DNA of 64,000 bases from Escherichia phage vB_EcoM_11B_SA_NWU. The DNA lies in sequence record OR062527. One strand, written 5' to 3'. The notes beneath the pieces were generated by a model. That model was not told the origin of the DNA. It did not search any database and saw nothing but the letters and a program-made list of their open reading frames with translations. Positions 33,440-43,779 of this stretch are shown here, piece by piece. The position numbers were made by a program, and so were the translations under genes. Numbering within the stretch: the stretch's first letter is position 1; every line of letters begins with the position of its first letter.

Positions 33440-34618
33440 TTAAAAATATTTTTTAAAACTCATCATAACTTTATCATCAACATCATTATCAATCTGTGCT
33501 ACAAGGTAAGATGACAGTTCTACTTCTTGCGGCGCGGATTGAACATTATCAGAATTAAGGTATTCACGAATCCAAGGATATGGATGTTTAACCGGAGCAT
33601 CGGTAATTGGGCATGGAAGACCGCACTGTTTCATACGAGATACAGTTAAGTAATCAATAAAGCTCCACATGCTATTTGTATTTAATCCAGGAACATCGCC
33701 ATCTTTAAATAAATGAACTGCCCAGTCTTTTTCTTGGCGGTTAACTTCCATGAAAATATCAACTGCTTCTTGTTCACACTCTTGAGCAATTTTAACCCAT
33801 TCATCGCCATCAGTACCGGATTGAAGCTGACGAATAATATATTGGGTGCCTTTAAGGTGAAGCTGCTCATCACGTGCAATGAACTTCATAATCTTGGCAT
33901 TACCTTCCATGATTTCCATGTTCTTATGGAAGTTAAAGGTACATGCGAAAGATACATAAAAACGAATAGCTTCCAGGGCATTGATAACATGAAGGCAGAG
34001 ATAAAGCGACTTCATCAATGCATATTTACATTCTTCCACATGCATAAGACTATTTGAATATGCATCTAAATCATATTCATTTTCGGAAAAACATTTAAAA
34101 ATTTCTTTTGCATTTTCCCATTCGCGCGTCTTAACCAGAACATCATCATAATAACGACCAATAGATTCAGCACGTTTCATGATAGCTTTATCTAATACAA
34201 TCTCATCAAATACCTTTGACGGATCAGTATAAAGATTTCGCATAATATGAGTGTATGAACGACTGTGAATAGTTTCACTAAAAGTCCATGTAGCAACCCA
34301 TGTATCAAGACTTGGGTCTGAAATTAACGACATAAGTACAGCAGACGGTGCACGACCCTGAATGCTATCTAGAAGTGATTGATACTTCAGGTTATTAGTA
34401 AAAATATCTTGCTGATATTGAGGAAGCTTGTTAAATTGCGCAGCATCCATCATTAAGTTTACTTCTTCAGGACGCCAGAAAAATGACAACTGCTTTTCGG
34501 TTAAATCTTCAAAAACTTTATGGCGTTGAATATCATAACGCGCAATACCAAGACCTGAACCGAAGAACATAGGTTCTTTTAAAACATCAACTGGATTTGT
34601 ATTAAAAACTGTGCTCAT
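33440..34618 (-). CDS. nrdB: Ribonucleotide reductase small subunit, uninterrupted
   Basis: 392-aa contiguous ORF with di-iron ferritin-like sequence; no intron. Confidence 0.92.
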   Translation of the reverse strand: MSTVFNTNPVDVLKEPMFFGSGLGIARYDIQRHKVFEDLTEKQLSFFWRPEEVNLMMDAAQFNKLPQYQQDIFTNNLKYQSLLDSIQGRAPSAVLMSLISDPSLDTWVATWTFSETIHSRSYTHIMRNLYTDPSKVFDEIVLDKAIMKRAESIGRYYDDVLVKTREWENAKEIFKCFSENEYDLDAYSNSLMHVEECKYALMKSLYLCLHVINALEAIRFYVSFACTFNFHKNMEIMEGNAKIMKFIARDEQLHLKGTQYIIRQLQSGTDGDEWVKIAQECEQEAVDIFMEVNRQEKDWAVHLFKDGDVPGLNTNSMWSFIDYLTVSRMKQCGLPCPITDAPVKHPYPWIREYLNSDNVQSAPQEVELSSYLVAQIDNDVDDKVMMSFKKYF

Positions 34619-34669
34619 AAATTTTCCACTTAGTTAATAGATAGTGACTCGTCCGTGAGTCAAATTATA

Positions 34670-36934
34670 TCATAATTTACAGGATGAACAATCTTCAGCT
34701 TTTGGAGTTTCTATTTCATAATCATCAGTACCAGAACCATCACGGGTATTATGATAATAGAAATTTTTTCCGCCAAAATACCAAAAATACAAAAGGTCAT
34801 CAATCATTATTGACATTGGAACCTTTCCTTTTGGAAAAATCTGCGGGTCATAATATGTATTCGCTGAAGCTGATTGACATACCCATTTCAGCATAATAGC
34901 TACCTGCGTAAGATAAGGTTTATTACCTTTCTTAGCTAATTTCCATGTATAATCATAGAGGTCTATGTTATGCTCAATATTGGGCACGACTTGATTAAAG
35001 GAACCCTCTTTTGATTCTTTAACAGAGACTGGTCCACGTGGAGGCTCGATGCCGTTTGTACTGTTAGAAACTTGGGAAGATGACTCACATGGCATAAGTG
35101 CTGATAATGTGCTATTACGGATGCCAAAGAGCTTAAGGTCTTCCCGCAGCGCCGACCAGTCACAAACGTATTTTGGAGCTGCGATTTGGTCAATCTTTTT
35201 ATTGTACCAGTCGATAGGTAATTCGCCTCGAGACCAACGAGTGTCTGAATAATATTCGCAAGGTCCTTTTTCTTTGGCGAGCTTAATGGATGCTTTAATG
35301 AGTCCATACTGTAATCTCTCAAATAGTTCATGTGTTAAATCGTTAGCATCTTCATAAGAAGCAAAGTTACTTGCCAGCCAAGCTGCATAGTTAGTAACAC
35401 CTACACCAAGGTTTCGACGCTTTTTAGCTTTTTCTGCTTCAGGAACTGGATATCCTTGGTAATCCAAAAGATTATCAAGAGCACGAACTTGAACTTCTGC
35501 TAATTCATTAATTTTATCTTGGTCTTGCCAATCGAAGTTATCCAGCACAAATGCAGATAACGTGCACAATCCAATTTCAGCATCAGGGCTATTCACATCA
35601 TTTGTTGGAATAGCAATTTCACAGCACAAGTTACTCTGACGAATAGGTGCCTTTTCACGAATAAACGGAGTATAGTTATTCGTATTATCAATGAACTGTA
35701 CATAAATCCTTGCTGTTCCTGAGCGTTCAGTCATGAGCAATTCAAATAGTTCACGAGCTTTAATACGTTTTTTACGAATATTAGGGTCTTTTTCTGCGGC
35801 TTCATACAATTCACGGAAACGGTCTTGGTCTTTAAAATAAGAATAATAAAGCTCGCCACCCATTTCATGCGGACTGAACAAAGTAATGTAGTCGTTCTTT
35901 CCAAAACGTTCCATCATTAGGTCATTCAGCTGGACGCCATAATCCATATGACGGATACGGTTTTCTTCTACGCCTTTGTTATTTTTCAAAACGAGAAGAT
36001 TTTCAACTTCCAAATGCCAAATAGGATAATAAGCAGTAGCAGCGCCGCCACGAATTCCACCCTGTGAACATGATTTAACTGCAGTCTGAAAATGTTTCCA
36101 AAAAGGAATAACACCGGTATGGCGTACTTCACCCATGCCAATCTTAGAACCTTCGGCACGAATCATACCAACGTTAATACCAATTCCAGCACGTTTAGAG
36201 ATATATTCAACAATTGAAGCGGAAGCCTTATTGATAGACTTCAGCGAATCACCTGCCTCAATAACAACACATGAACTAAACTGTCGAGTCGGAGTACGAC
36301 AACCAGCCATAATAGGAGTTGGCAGTGAAATCTGTCGAGTAGATACTGCTTCATAAAAACGGATAACGTGTTTTAGTCTATCAACAGGTTCATCTTGATG
36401 CAATGCCATTCCAATAGTCATAAATGCAAACTGAGGAGTTTCATAAATTTGACCAGTGGTTTTATCTTTAACTAGATATTTTTCTTTTAATTGCATCGCC
36501 CCGGAATAAGTAAATTCCATATCCCGCTCGTGCTTAATTTTTGATTCTAAAAATGTAATTTCTTCTGCTGAATATTTTGACAATAATTCAGGGTCATATT
36601 TACCTGCATTTACACAATAAGAAATATGGTCAATAAATGAACGCGGTTCATATTGTCCGTAAACATGCTTACGAAGAGCAAACATTAAACAACGTGCAGC
36701 TACATATTGGTAATCAGGCTCTTCAACCGAAATAGAATTCGCAGCGGCCTTAATGACAATAGTCTGAATATCATCAGTTGTCATTCCATCACGGAGATAA
36801 GATTTAATATTTTCATATAATTCATAAGGATCTACTGATGTTCCCTCAGCTGCCCAAGATAAAACTTTAATAATTTTTTGTGGGTCAAAGCTCTGAGAAA
36901 CACCACTACTTTTGATAACATTAATTAATTGCAT
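34670..36934 (-). CDS. nrdA: Ribonucleotide reductase large subunit
   Basis: 754 aa; ATP-cone N-terminus and class I RNR core. Confidence 0.95.
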   Translation of the reverse strand: MQLINVIKSSGVSQSFDPQKIIKVLSWAAEGTSVDPYELYENIKSYLRDGMTTDDIQTIVIKAAANSISVEEPDYQYVAARCLMFALRKHVYGQYEPRSFIDHISYCVNAGKYDPELLSKYSAEEITFLESKIKHERDMEFTYSGAMQLKEKYLVKDKTTGQIYETPQFAFMTIGMALHQDEPVDRLKHVIRFYEAVSTRQISLPTPIMAGCRTPTRQFSSCVVIEAGDSLKSINKASASIVEYISKRAGIGINVGMIRAEGSKIGMGEVRHTGVIPFWKHFQTAVKSCSQGGIRGGAATAYYPIWHLEVENLLVLKNNKGVEENRIRHMDYGVQLNDLMMERFGKNDYITLFSPHEMGGELYYSYFKDQDRFRELYEAAEKDPNIRKKRIKARELFELLMTERSGTARIYVQFIDNTNNYTPFIREKAPIRQSNLCCEIAIPTNDVNSPDAEIGLCTLSAFVLDNFDWQDQDKINELAEVQVRALDNLLDYQGYPVPEAEKAKKRRNLGVGVTNYAAWLASNFASYEDANDLTHELFERLQYGLIKASIKLAKEKGPCEYYSDTRWSRGELPIDWYNKKIDQIAAPKYVCDWSALREDLKLFGIRNSTLSALMPCESSSQVSNSTNGIEPPRGPVSVKESKEGSFNQVVPNIEHNIDLYDYTWKLAKKGNKPYLTQVAIMLKWVCQSASANTYYDPQIFPKGKVPMSIMIDDLLYFWYFGGKNFYYHNTRDGSGTDDYEIETPKAEDCSSCKL

Positions 36935-37251
36935 AAGTCCTCAACTTGAAAATCGTCTTTAAACAATCGGTTAACTATATGAGCTATTATATCACCATGA
37001 CACGGCTTTGGTTTACATGTGCATCCTAGCCTCATTCCACGTAAAGGCTCTAAATGTGCTTTAGTTATTTCTCCGGATTTAATTCGACGTATAAAATCTT
37101 TTTTGAATAATTCAATGGCAGCCTCCCGGCTGCCAGCATCTTTACCGACGTAATTTCCCCAAAATGTACCACGGTGAATATTAACATCAAAGTCGGATTT
37201 GTATTTATTCACTACCCGGCATAGACGGCCCGGTTGGTAATAATTCTTCAT
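36925..37251 (-). CDS. Hypothetical protein (nrdA.1 position)
   Basis: 108-aa ORF. Confidence 0.55.
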   Translation of the reverse strand: MKNYYQPGRLCRVVNKYKSDFDVNIHRGTFWGNYVGKDAGSREAAIELFKKDFIRRIKSGEITKAHLEPLRGMRLGCTCKPKPCHGDIIAHIVNRLFKDDFQVEDLCN

Positions 37252-37468
37252 ATTGTTTTTCCGTTAAAACAGTAATATCGTAGTAACAGTCAGAAGAAGT
37301 TTTAACTGTGGAAATTTTATTATCAAAATACTCACGAGTCATTTTATGAGTATAATATTTTTTGCCATAAATGATAATAGGCTGATTTGGTCCTGGAACT
37401 TCTAACTCACTTGGATTAGGAAGTGTAAAAAGAACTACACCAGAAGTATCTTTAAATCGTAAAATCAT
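37205..37468 (-). CDS. Hypothetical protein (nrdA.2 position)
   Basis: 87-aa ORF. Confidence 0.5.
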   Translation of the reverse strand: MILRFKDTSGVVLFTLPNPSELEVPGPNQPIIIYGKKYYTHKMTREYFDNKISTVKTSSDCYYDITVLTEKQYEELLPTGPSMPGSE

Positions 37469-37488
37469 ATATCCTCACAATAATAAAA

Positions 37489-38349
37489 TTACACCGCCAT
37501 CTTTCCTTTAATAGGAGGATGTGATTCATAGTTGTTAAGAACAAAATTATGAGGCTTTGCAAATTGACTCAACCAAAATACCTGCGATTCTGTGTCCCAT
37601 TCATCAAATTCATCTGGAAATTTTAATTGTAATTCGCATAAATCCATAGGTTCACGACATAAAATTTCTTTACATTGTTCTACGTGATTCATATAGATAT
37701 GAGTATTACCACCAGAAAATATCAAATCTCCCGGAATAAGATTACACATCTTAGCTACAATATGAACTAACGTAGCATATGATGCAATATTAAATGGAAG
37801 ACCGAGGAAAACATCTACCGAACGTTGATACCACTGCAAATCCAAATAGCCATTACGCACATTAAACTGATAGAACATATGACAAGGCGGTAATGCCATA
37901 TATTTAAGTTCAGCTGGATTCCATGCAGAAACAATTTGACGCCTATCATTTGGCAGTTTTTTAATACGATCAATAACTTCTATAATTTGATCTACACCGC
38001 CAAAATCACGCCACTGTTTTCCATAAATTGGACCAAGTTCACCGCTATGGTATCCTAAATCTTTTGCTTGATTTTCGTAATTTTCATCCCAGACGGTTTT
38101 GCCTTGAATTAATGAATCATGTTGAATTAATCGCAAATCATTGACATTTGTGCTTCCTGATAAAAACCATATCAGCTCAGCAATGCATGCATTCCAGGCG
38201 AGCTTTTTAGTTGTTACTGCAGGAAAGCCTTTAGTTAAATCCCAACGCAATTTAGTACCGAACAGAGCAATTGTTCCTGTGCCCGTTCGGTCATCGGTTT
38301 CATAGCCATTTTCAAAAATGTCTTTAATTAAATCTTGGTATTGTTTCAT
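37489..38349 (-). CDS. td: Thymidylate synthase, uninterrupted
   Basis: 286-aa contiguous ORF equal to spliced T4 TS length; no intron. Confidence 0.93.
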   Translation of the reverse strand: MKQYQDLIKDIFENGYETDDRTGTGTIALFGTKLRWDLTKGFPAVTTKKLAWNACIAELIWFLSGSTNVNDLRLIQHDSLIQGKTVWDENYENQAKDLGYHSGELGPIYGKQWRDFGGVDQIIEVIDRIKKLPNDRRQIVSAWNPAELKYMALPPCHMFYQFNVRNGYLDLQWYQRSVDVFLGLPFNIASYATLVHIVAKMCNLIPGDLIFSGGNTHIYMNHVEQCKEILCREPMDLCELQLKFPDEFDEWDTESQVFWLSQFAKPHNFVLNNYESHPPIKGKMAV

Positions 38350-38394
38350 TTAGTACCTTATATAAATTATAATACATTTTATGAAGCTAAATAA

Positions 38395-38742
38395 TCAATA
38401 CGGTTTAGCATCAAATTTTCTCTCAATTTCAGGCGTGAAATATAATTCTTTACCGCGTTTGGAAAAGCGACCAATAATATGATAATTATTCTCATCAAAC
38501 GTGATATTACCAATATCCATAGCTTTCAACCAAATATCGATATTTCTATCCAGCTTTATGTCAAAATTCCAATATGGAGAACTATTACCGAAAATACTGC
38601 AAGCGGATTCAGTGAAACAACTGCTATAAATCTTGTCTTTAGGAACTACTAATTGATAGACACCTTTAATAAACTGAGGACCCTGCCACTTTGGCTGTTT
38701 CTCGTCTTTTTCTAATAGAATAGGGTAATAATTAAAATTCAT
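38395..38742 (-). CDS. Hypothetical protein inserted between frd and td
   Basis: 115-aa ORF with no recognisable motif, tightly packed between frd stop and td start. Confidence 0.55.
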   Translation of the reverse strand: MNFNYYPILLEKDEKQPKWQGPQFIKGVYQLVVPKDKIYSSCFTESACSIFGNSSPYWNFDIKLDRNIDIWLKAMDIGNITFDENNYHIIGRFSKRGKELYFTPEIERKFDAKPY

Positions 38743-38761
38743 ATTTCCGCCACGCGTTATT

Positions 38762-39591
<830 letters not shown>

Positions 39592-39602
39592 TTTATCTCC
39601 TA

Positions 39603-39935
39603 TTAAAAAGGATCAGGAACATATCCACTAGCTTTAATCATTTTAATTAACGTTAACATTCCTTTATTAACTGCTCGTGAGATTTCATCAAAAACTTCAT
39701 CACTAAAAAGTTCTAACACGCCCTTCTGAACTTTTAATTTACAGCCAACAATTTCTTCATCGCCTATAGTAAATTCATTACCACCAATTCCACCGAAAAA
39801 CTTAATTACACCAGTTAACTGTCTTCCACGAGAATATGGGTCGTGTGATAAAGTAATATGAGTCACCCCGGGTACAGTTTTAAATTGGCAGCGAATATTT
39901 ACTTGTGAAATTCCAGTTACATGAATATCAGACAT
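39603..39935 (-). CDS. Hypothetical protein (frd.2 position)
   Basis: 110-aa ORF. Confidence 0.5.
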   Translation of the reverse strand: MSDIHVTGISQVNIRCQFKTVPGVTHITLSHDPYSRGRQLTGVIKFFGGIGGNEFTIGDEEIVGCKLKVQKGVLELFSDEVFDEISRAVNKGMLTLIKMIKASGYVPDPF

Positions 39936-39945
39936 AATATTTTCC

Positions 39946-40188
39946 TCAAATAGACTTTTTCACAATTTTCCAATCAGCTTTAAACTGTTCAACGTCAGAA
40001 TGATAAATCCAGAATCCTGCGCTTTCTCCATCCTCATAAAGAGGGCATCCATCACATTCATCTTCCCATCCCATATCACGTAAAAGATGTTCAGCTTTTT
40101 CAACAAGTTCAGAATCTTTACCAATGATATTAAAATACCATTTACCTCTAACTTCTGAATCTTTGATGCTCTGGCGTTGTAATCTCAT
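39946..40188 (-). CDS. Hypothetical protein (frd.3 position)
   Basis: 80-aa ORF with promoter upstream. Confidence 0.5.
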   Translation of the reverse strand: MRLQRQSIKDSEVRGKWYFNIIGKDSELVEKAEHLLRDMGWEDECDGCPLYEDGESAGFWIYHSDVEQFKADWKIVKKSI

Positions 40189-40204
40189 TTTATTCTCCTT
40201 AGTT

Positions 40205-40245
40205 GATAGGGTAATAGTATCACACTACTACCCTTCTGTAAACTA
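40205..40245 (-). promoter_or_regulatory. Early promoter GTTTACA-17-TACTAT with conserved downstream motif
   Basis: Reverse complement gtttacagaagggtagtagtgtgatactattaccctatcaact. Confidence 0.5.
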
Positions 40246-40629
40246 CTTTTTGAAAGTTTTTCGCAAAAGTTCAATGATTTCATCTACATTGTTTTCGTCA
40301 ACAATGCAGTGAATTTTTGTTACGCCAGAAATCTTGTCTTCGACTTCATCTTCTTCAGAAGTCGGTTCTTTATACTCACGAAAACAATAAAACTCTTCTT
40401 CACTAAGTTCAAAATAATCATCACCCATACCATCATCATTATAGATTTCGCCATTAGCACAAATGATTTCGGTTACATAATCACAGCCATCTAATCTTGA
40501 TATTGATTTAACTTCAAACCAACCACCATTTTCTTGAATGATGCCGACCATATTAGAATTTGATGAACTAATATCAATAAAAGATTTAATACGATGTGGA
40601 TTTAACTCATATTTTTTGCCGATTTCCAT
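40243..40629 (-). CDS. Hypothetical acidic protein (start at internal Met with SD gaggaaaa)
   Basis: 128 aa; Asp/Glu-rich. Confidence 0.5.
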   Translation of the reverse strand: MEIGKKYELNPHRIKSFIDISSSNSNMVGIIQENGGWFEVKSISRLDGCDYVTEIICANGEIYNDDGMGDDYFELSEEEFYCFREYKEPTSEEDEVEDKISGVTKIHCIVDENNVDEIIELLRKTFKK

Positions 40630-40674
40630 TTTGATTTTCCTCATTTTAATAGGGGCTATCAAGCCCCTTGATAA

Positions 40675-40905
40675 TTATTGTTCAATCAGTCCCATATAAA
40701 ATTCTGCGTCTTCAGAATCCATGCCGTCACAATATTCATTAGCCATAAAGCGGGTGAGGTCTTCAAGAGGACCTTCAATGACAATAGAAAAATTGCAATA
40801 ATTGGGATCATCATGAATACTTGTGATACTAAGTTCAGGATAACGATTACGAACAATTTCTTCAATGTATTCAAAATCAACGATGTCAATATCAACTTTA
40901 GCCAT
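40675..40905 (-). CDS. Hypothetical acidic protein immediately downstream of gene 32 (start at internal Met MAKVDID)
   Basis: 76 aa; SD agaggaaaa; followed by hairpin aggggct-atca-agcccct. Confidence 0.5.
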   Translation of the reverse strand: MAKVDIDIVDFEYIEEIVRNRYPELSITSIHDDPNYCNFSIVIEGPLEDLTRFMANEYCDGMDSEDAEFYMGLIEQ

Positions 40906-40918
40906 ATCATTTTCCTCT

Positions 40919-41851
40919 TTAATTATCAGCAATATTGCCGATAGTTGTATAGTACCATGGAAGAACAGGGAGGTCCGTGTCATCAGCACTAGATGAACTG
41001 CCAGAGCTTGAGCTCATAAAATCATCTTCAGTTTTTGTATTGAAGTCATCAACATTGAATGCATCCAAATCATCAGCAACTTTATCAGCTTTCTTAGCGG
41101 CAGTCGCTGCGGCACCACCCATAGCAGCAGTTCCCATAACTTGACTGAACTTAGTGCTCAGTTCTTCAAACGATTTGAATTTATCTTTAGAAGTCATTTC
41201 AGAAAGGTCAACCATTTGTTCGAACAGTTCTTTCTGGAAAGATTCATCATCAATGTTTGGAATCGCAGATTGATTCAGGAATTTAGATTCGTCGTAGTTA
41301 CTAAAACCAGAAACTTGTTTAACTTTCAGTACAAAGTTAGCACCTTCCCACGGACAAGTTACATCAACTGGAGTTTCACCCATTTCAACATCAACTGCAA
41401 TCATTGCATTGATTTTATCCCAGATTTTCTTACCGAAGCGGTATTTAAATACTTTACCTTCATTTTCTGGAGCAGCTGGGTCTTTTACTACAAGAATGTT
41501 AGCCCAGTAAGAAGTTTTACGTTTAACAAGACCGTACTCTTTATTGTCAGTATTGTACAAATCATTTTTACTGATGTACTGACATACTGGACAAGAATCG
41601 TAATCACCGTGAGTAGATGAACATGTTTCAATATACCATTTACCATTTTTCTTGAAACCGTGATTTACAAGAATTGCGAATGGTGCTTGTTCATCATTTT
41701 TAGACGGAAGAAAACGAATTACTGCTTGACCGTTACCCGCATTATCGAGTTTCAGTTTCCACTCGCCTTTATCTTCAGAAGAAAAACCTTTATTGCCATT
41801 CAGTTTAGCCATTTGTGCAGCAAGTTCAGCAGTAGATTTACGTTTAAACAT
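40919..41851 (-). CDS. 32: ssDNA-binding protein gp32 with variant C-terminal tail
   Basis: 310 aa; matches T4 gp32 through ..[10 protein letters not shown], then ends [16 protein letters not shown]. Confidence 0.9.
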
Positions 41852-41904
41852 TTTATTTCCTTTTTAATTTATTTAATTAACAGTTGGTGCTATGACACTT
41901 TACC

Positions 41905-42534
41905 TCATAGCTGGCATAATTTACAATACTCTGGGTCTTCGAGAGGTATCCAACCTGAGTTGAAATACTTTACCATCGATTTAGCAGTTGTATCGGTTAT
42001 ATTTATATTACCTTTAACTCTTCGCCATCCAGGAGTTTTACCATACAGATTAGAAGATAATAACACATAATTCTCGTAAGCAATATGAGATAATTTCCAA
42101 GACTCTATATTAGCTCGTGATGTTTTCCAAGGTCTGAAATCGTCACGGTTCATATAATTAGCCAATCTCATATGCTCTCTAACTTCCGGGTCTTTAGCTG
42201 GATGAGTTTCACCACTCACACCAAATCCACCGCCAGCATATACCAGATTAAAATAGTCTGGATTATCTCTGGCATTTACTTCAAGTTGGTATTTTCGCTC
42301 TGCTTCAATAACATTCAAGTCATCATCAATTTGAATTATTTTAACGTTCGGTTTTTGAAGCATTACCGCATTCAAAAATCTTTTTTGTTTACATGAGCTC
42401 CAGTATTCCTTTCCGGAAGAGTCATATATTATTCCGTTCTCAAATGAGCAATTTAATTTACTACCGATATAGTAGTATGGCGGAGTCTTATTTTTGACAC
42501 GGTCTTCAAATGTAAACCAATATACTATATTCAT
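41905..42534 (-). CDS. GIY-YIG homing-type endonuclease (Seg-like, position of T4 segG/32.1)
   Basis: 209 aa; IVYWFTF..(11)..YYIGSK and ERKYQLEVN resemble the GIY-YIG catalytic core. Confidence 0.65.
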   Translation of the reverse strand: MNIVYWFTFEDRVKNKTPPYYYIGSKLNCSFENGIIYDSSGKEYWSSCKQKRFLNAVMLQKPNVKIIQIDDDLNVIEAERKYQLEVNARDNPDYFNLVYAGGGFGVSGETHPAKDPEVREHMRLANYMNRDDFRPWKTSRANIESWKLSHIAYENYVLLSSNLYGKTPGWRRVKGNINITDTTAKSMVKYFNSGWIPLEDPEYCKLCQL

Positions 42535-42535
42535 A

Positions 42536-43189
42536 TTAATACTTGCAAGATTTCACAGTTTCAATAAAAACACTTTTAGCTTTCTGTGAATCGATATTTA
42601 AAATTTTTCTATAAGCTTTTAACTTTATAGAATAATTGTTCCAGACTAAATTATCAGTCTGTTCATCATGTTTATCAATTATATTTAAAAACGAATCAAG
42701 CAAGATAAACGTCTCAAACGAAATTATATTCGATTGAAGTAGTTTAAAAATATAACTTGATTGAACTTTTGGATTATACTCAAAGATTTCTTTAAAAGCA
42801 GAAACTTCAACTTTTTTACTAAAATAATAAATGTTGCGAATATCTTCTTCAAACTTAAATTTAATTTGCTTTAAGCGTCCGATATATTCACGATAAAACA
42901 CAAGTGCATCAGCGTCAGAGATGTCACCAATCCAAGCATCTTGGTTAGCAACCAGATTGCTTATAAAGATTAAAGCAAGTTCCTTTAATTTATATTTTTC
43001 TGATAACTTCTGGAAAAAATACTTATCCCTTCGCTTTTGATAAGCGGCATCAGACACCCGCATGCACCAATTATACTTAATTACATCATACTTTCCATTC
43101 ATATGTTGTTTTATCATTAAGTATAATTTATAAACTGATTTACCATCAATGTATCTTTCACCACCAGCAGGCATGCGGAGTTTAATCAT
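42536..43189 (-). CDS. 59: Helicase loader gp59
   Basis: 217 aa; matches T4 gp59. Confidence 0.92.
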   Translation of the reverse strand: MIKLRMPAGGERYIDGKSVYKLYLMIKQHMNGKYDVIKYNWCMRVSDAAYQKRRDKYFFQKLSEKYKLKELALIFISNLVANQDAWIGDISDADALVFYREYIGRLKQIKFKFEEDIRNIYYFSKKVEVSAFKEIFEYNPKVQSSYIFKLLQSNIISFETFILLDSFLNIIDKHDEQTDNLVWNNYSIKLKAYRKILNIDSQKAKSVFIETVKSCKY

Positions 43190-43533
43190 AGTAGAAAATC
43201 TAATGTATTAGTTTTTTCACAACGAACAACAGAAGGACGTAAAAGATTTTCGTCAATAGCTTCTGACTGAATTTTTTCAATTATACCCGAAGGAATAAAT
43301 TTAGCAAATTGAGTTTCAGGAATAGAATTTTCTTCCAAGAATGCTGTTGTAGCTTCAAGATAACTCATTCCAAACTCTTCTACCATTTTTTCAATAATAA
43401 ATCCATTTTCTTGGCGGTCAAGAAGTTTTGCTATTTCATCCTTTTCTTTCTTAATTGAAAGTTCTTTTTCTGAAAGACCGGTCTCATCGACCGGACGAAT
43501 ATCATTTAGAGAAAACTGTGTCATAAAGTTCAA
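43186..43533 (-). CDS. 33: Late transcription co-activator gp33 (true start may be an internal Met)
   Basis: 115-aa ORF containing the ~112-aa gp33 sequence. Confidence 0.85.
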   Translation of the reverse strand: MNFMTQFSLNDIRPVDETGLSEKELSIKKEKDEIAKLLDRQENGFIIEKMVEEFGMSYLEATTAFLEENSIPETQFAKFIPSGIIEKIQSEAIDENLLRPSVVRCEKTNTLDFLL

Positions 43534-43771
43534 CTACCTCTTCAATTTCAGCTTCAAACACATCACGGTTATCTTTATGATACAAAGCTAATAGACGATT
43601 AAACATCTTACCATCAACGCCAAGTTCATCTTTGGCACGAATTCGAATGTCTTTAATCAATTCATTATAACCGGAAATTTTCAGTTTATGATCAGATGCT
43701 TCTTTAATAAATTTAGCCAAGTCTTCGCCATGAATAGCTTCATCAAATTCAACCATTTCTTTTTTAGCCAT
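43502..43771 (-). CDS. dsbA: dsDNA-binding protein DsbA
   Basis: 89 aa as in T4. Confidence 0.8.
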   Translation of the reverse strand: MAKKEMVEFDEAIHGEDLAKFIKEASDHKLKISGYNELIKDIRIRAKDELGVDGKMFNRLLALYHKDNRDVFEAEIEEVVELYDTVFSK

Positions 43772-43779
43772 TATTCACC

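Noticed and set aside
37489-38349. Group I intron with homing endonuclease in td or nrdB, as in T4
   Set aside because: Both genes translate as single uninterrupted ORFs of the expected mature length; no room for an intron.
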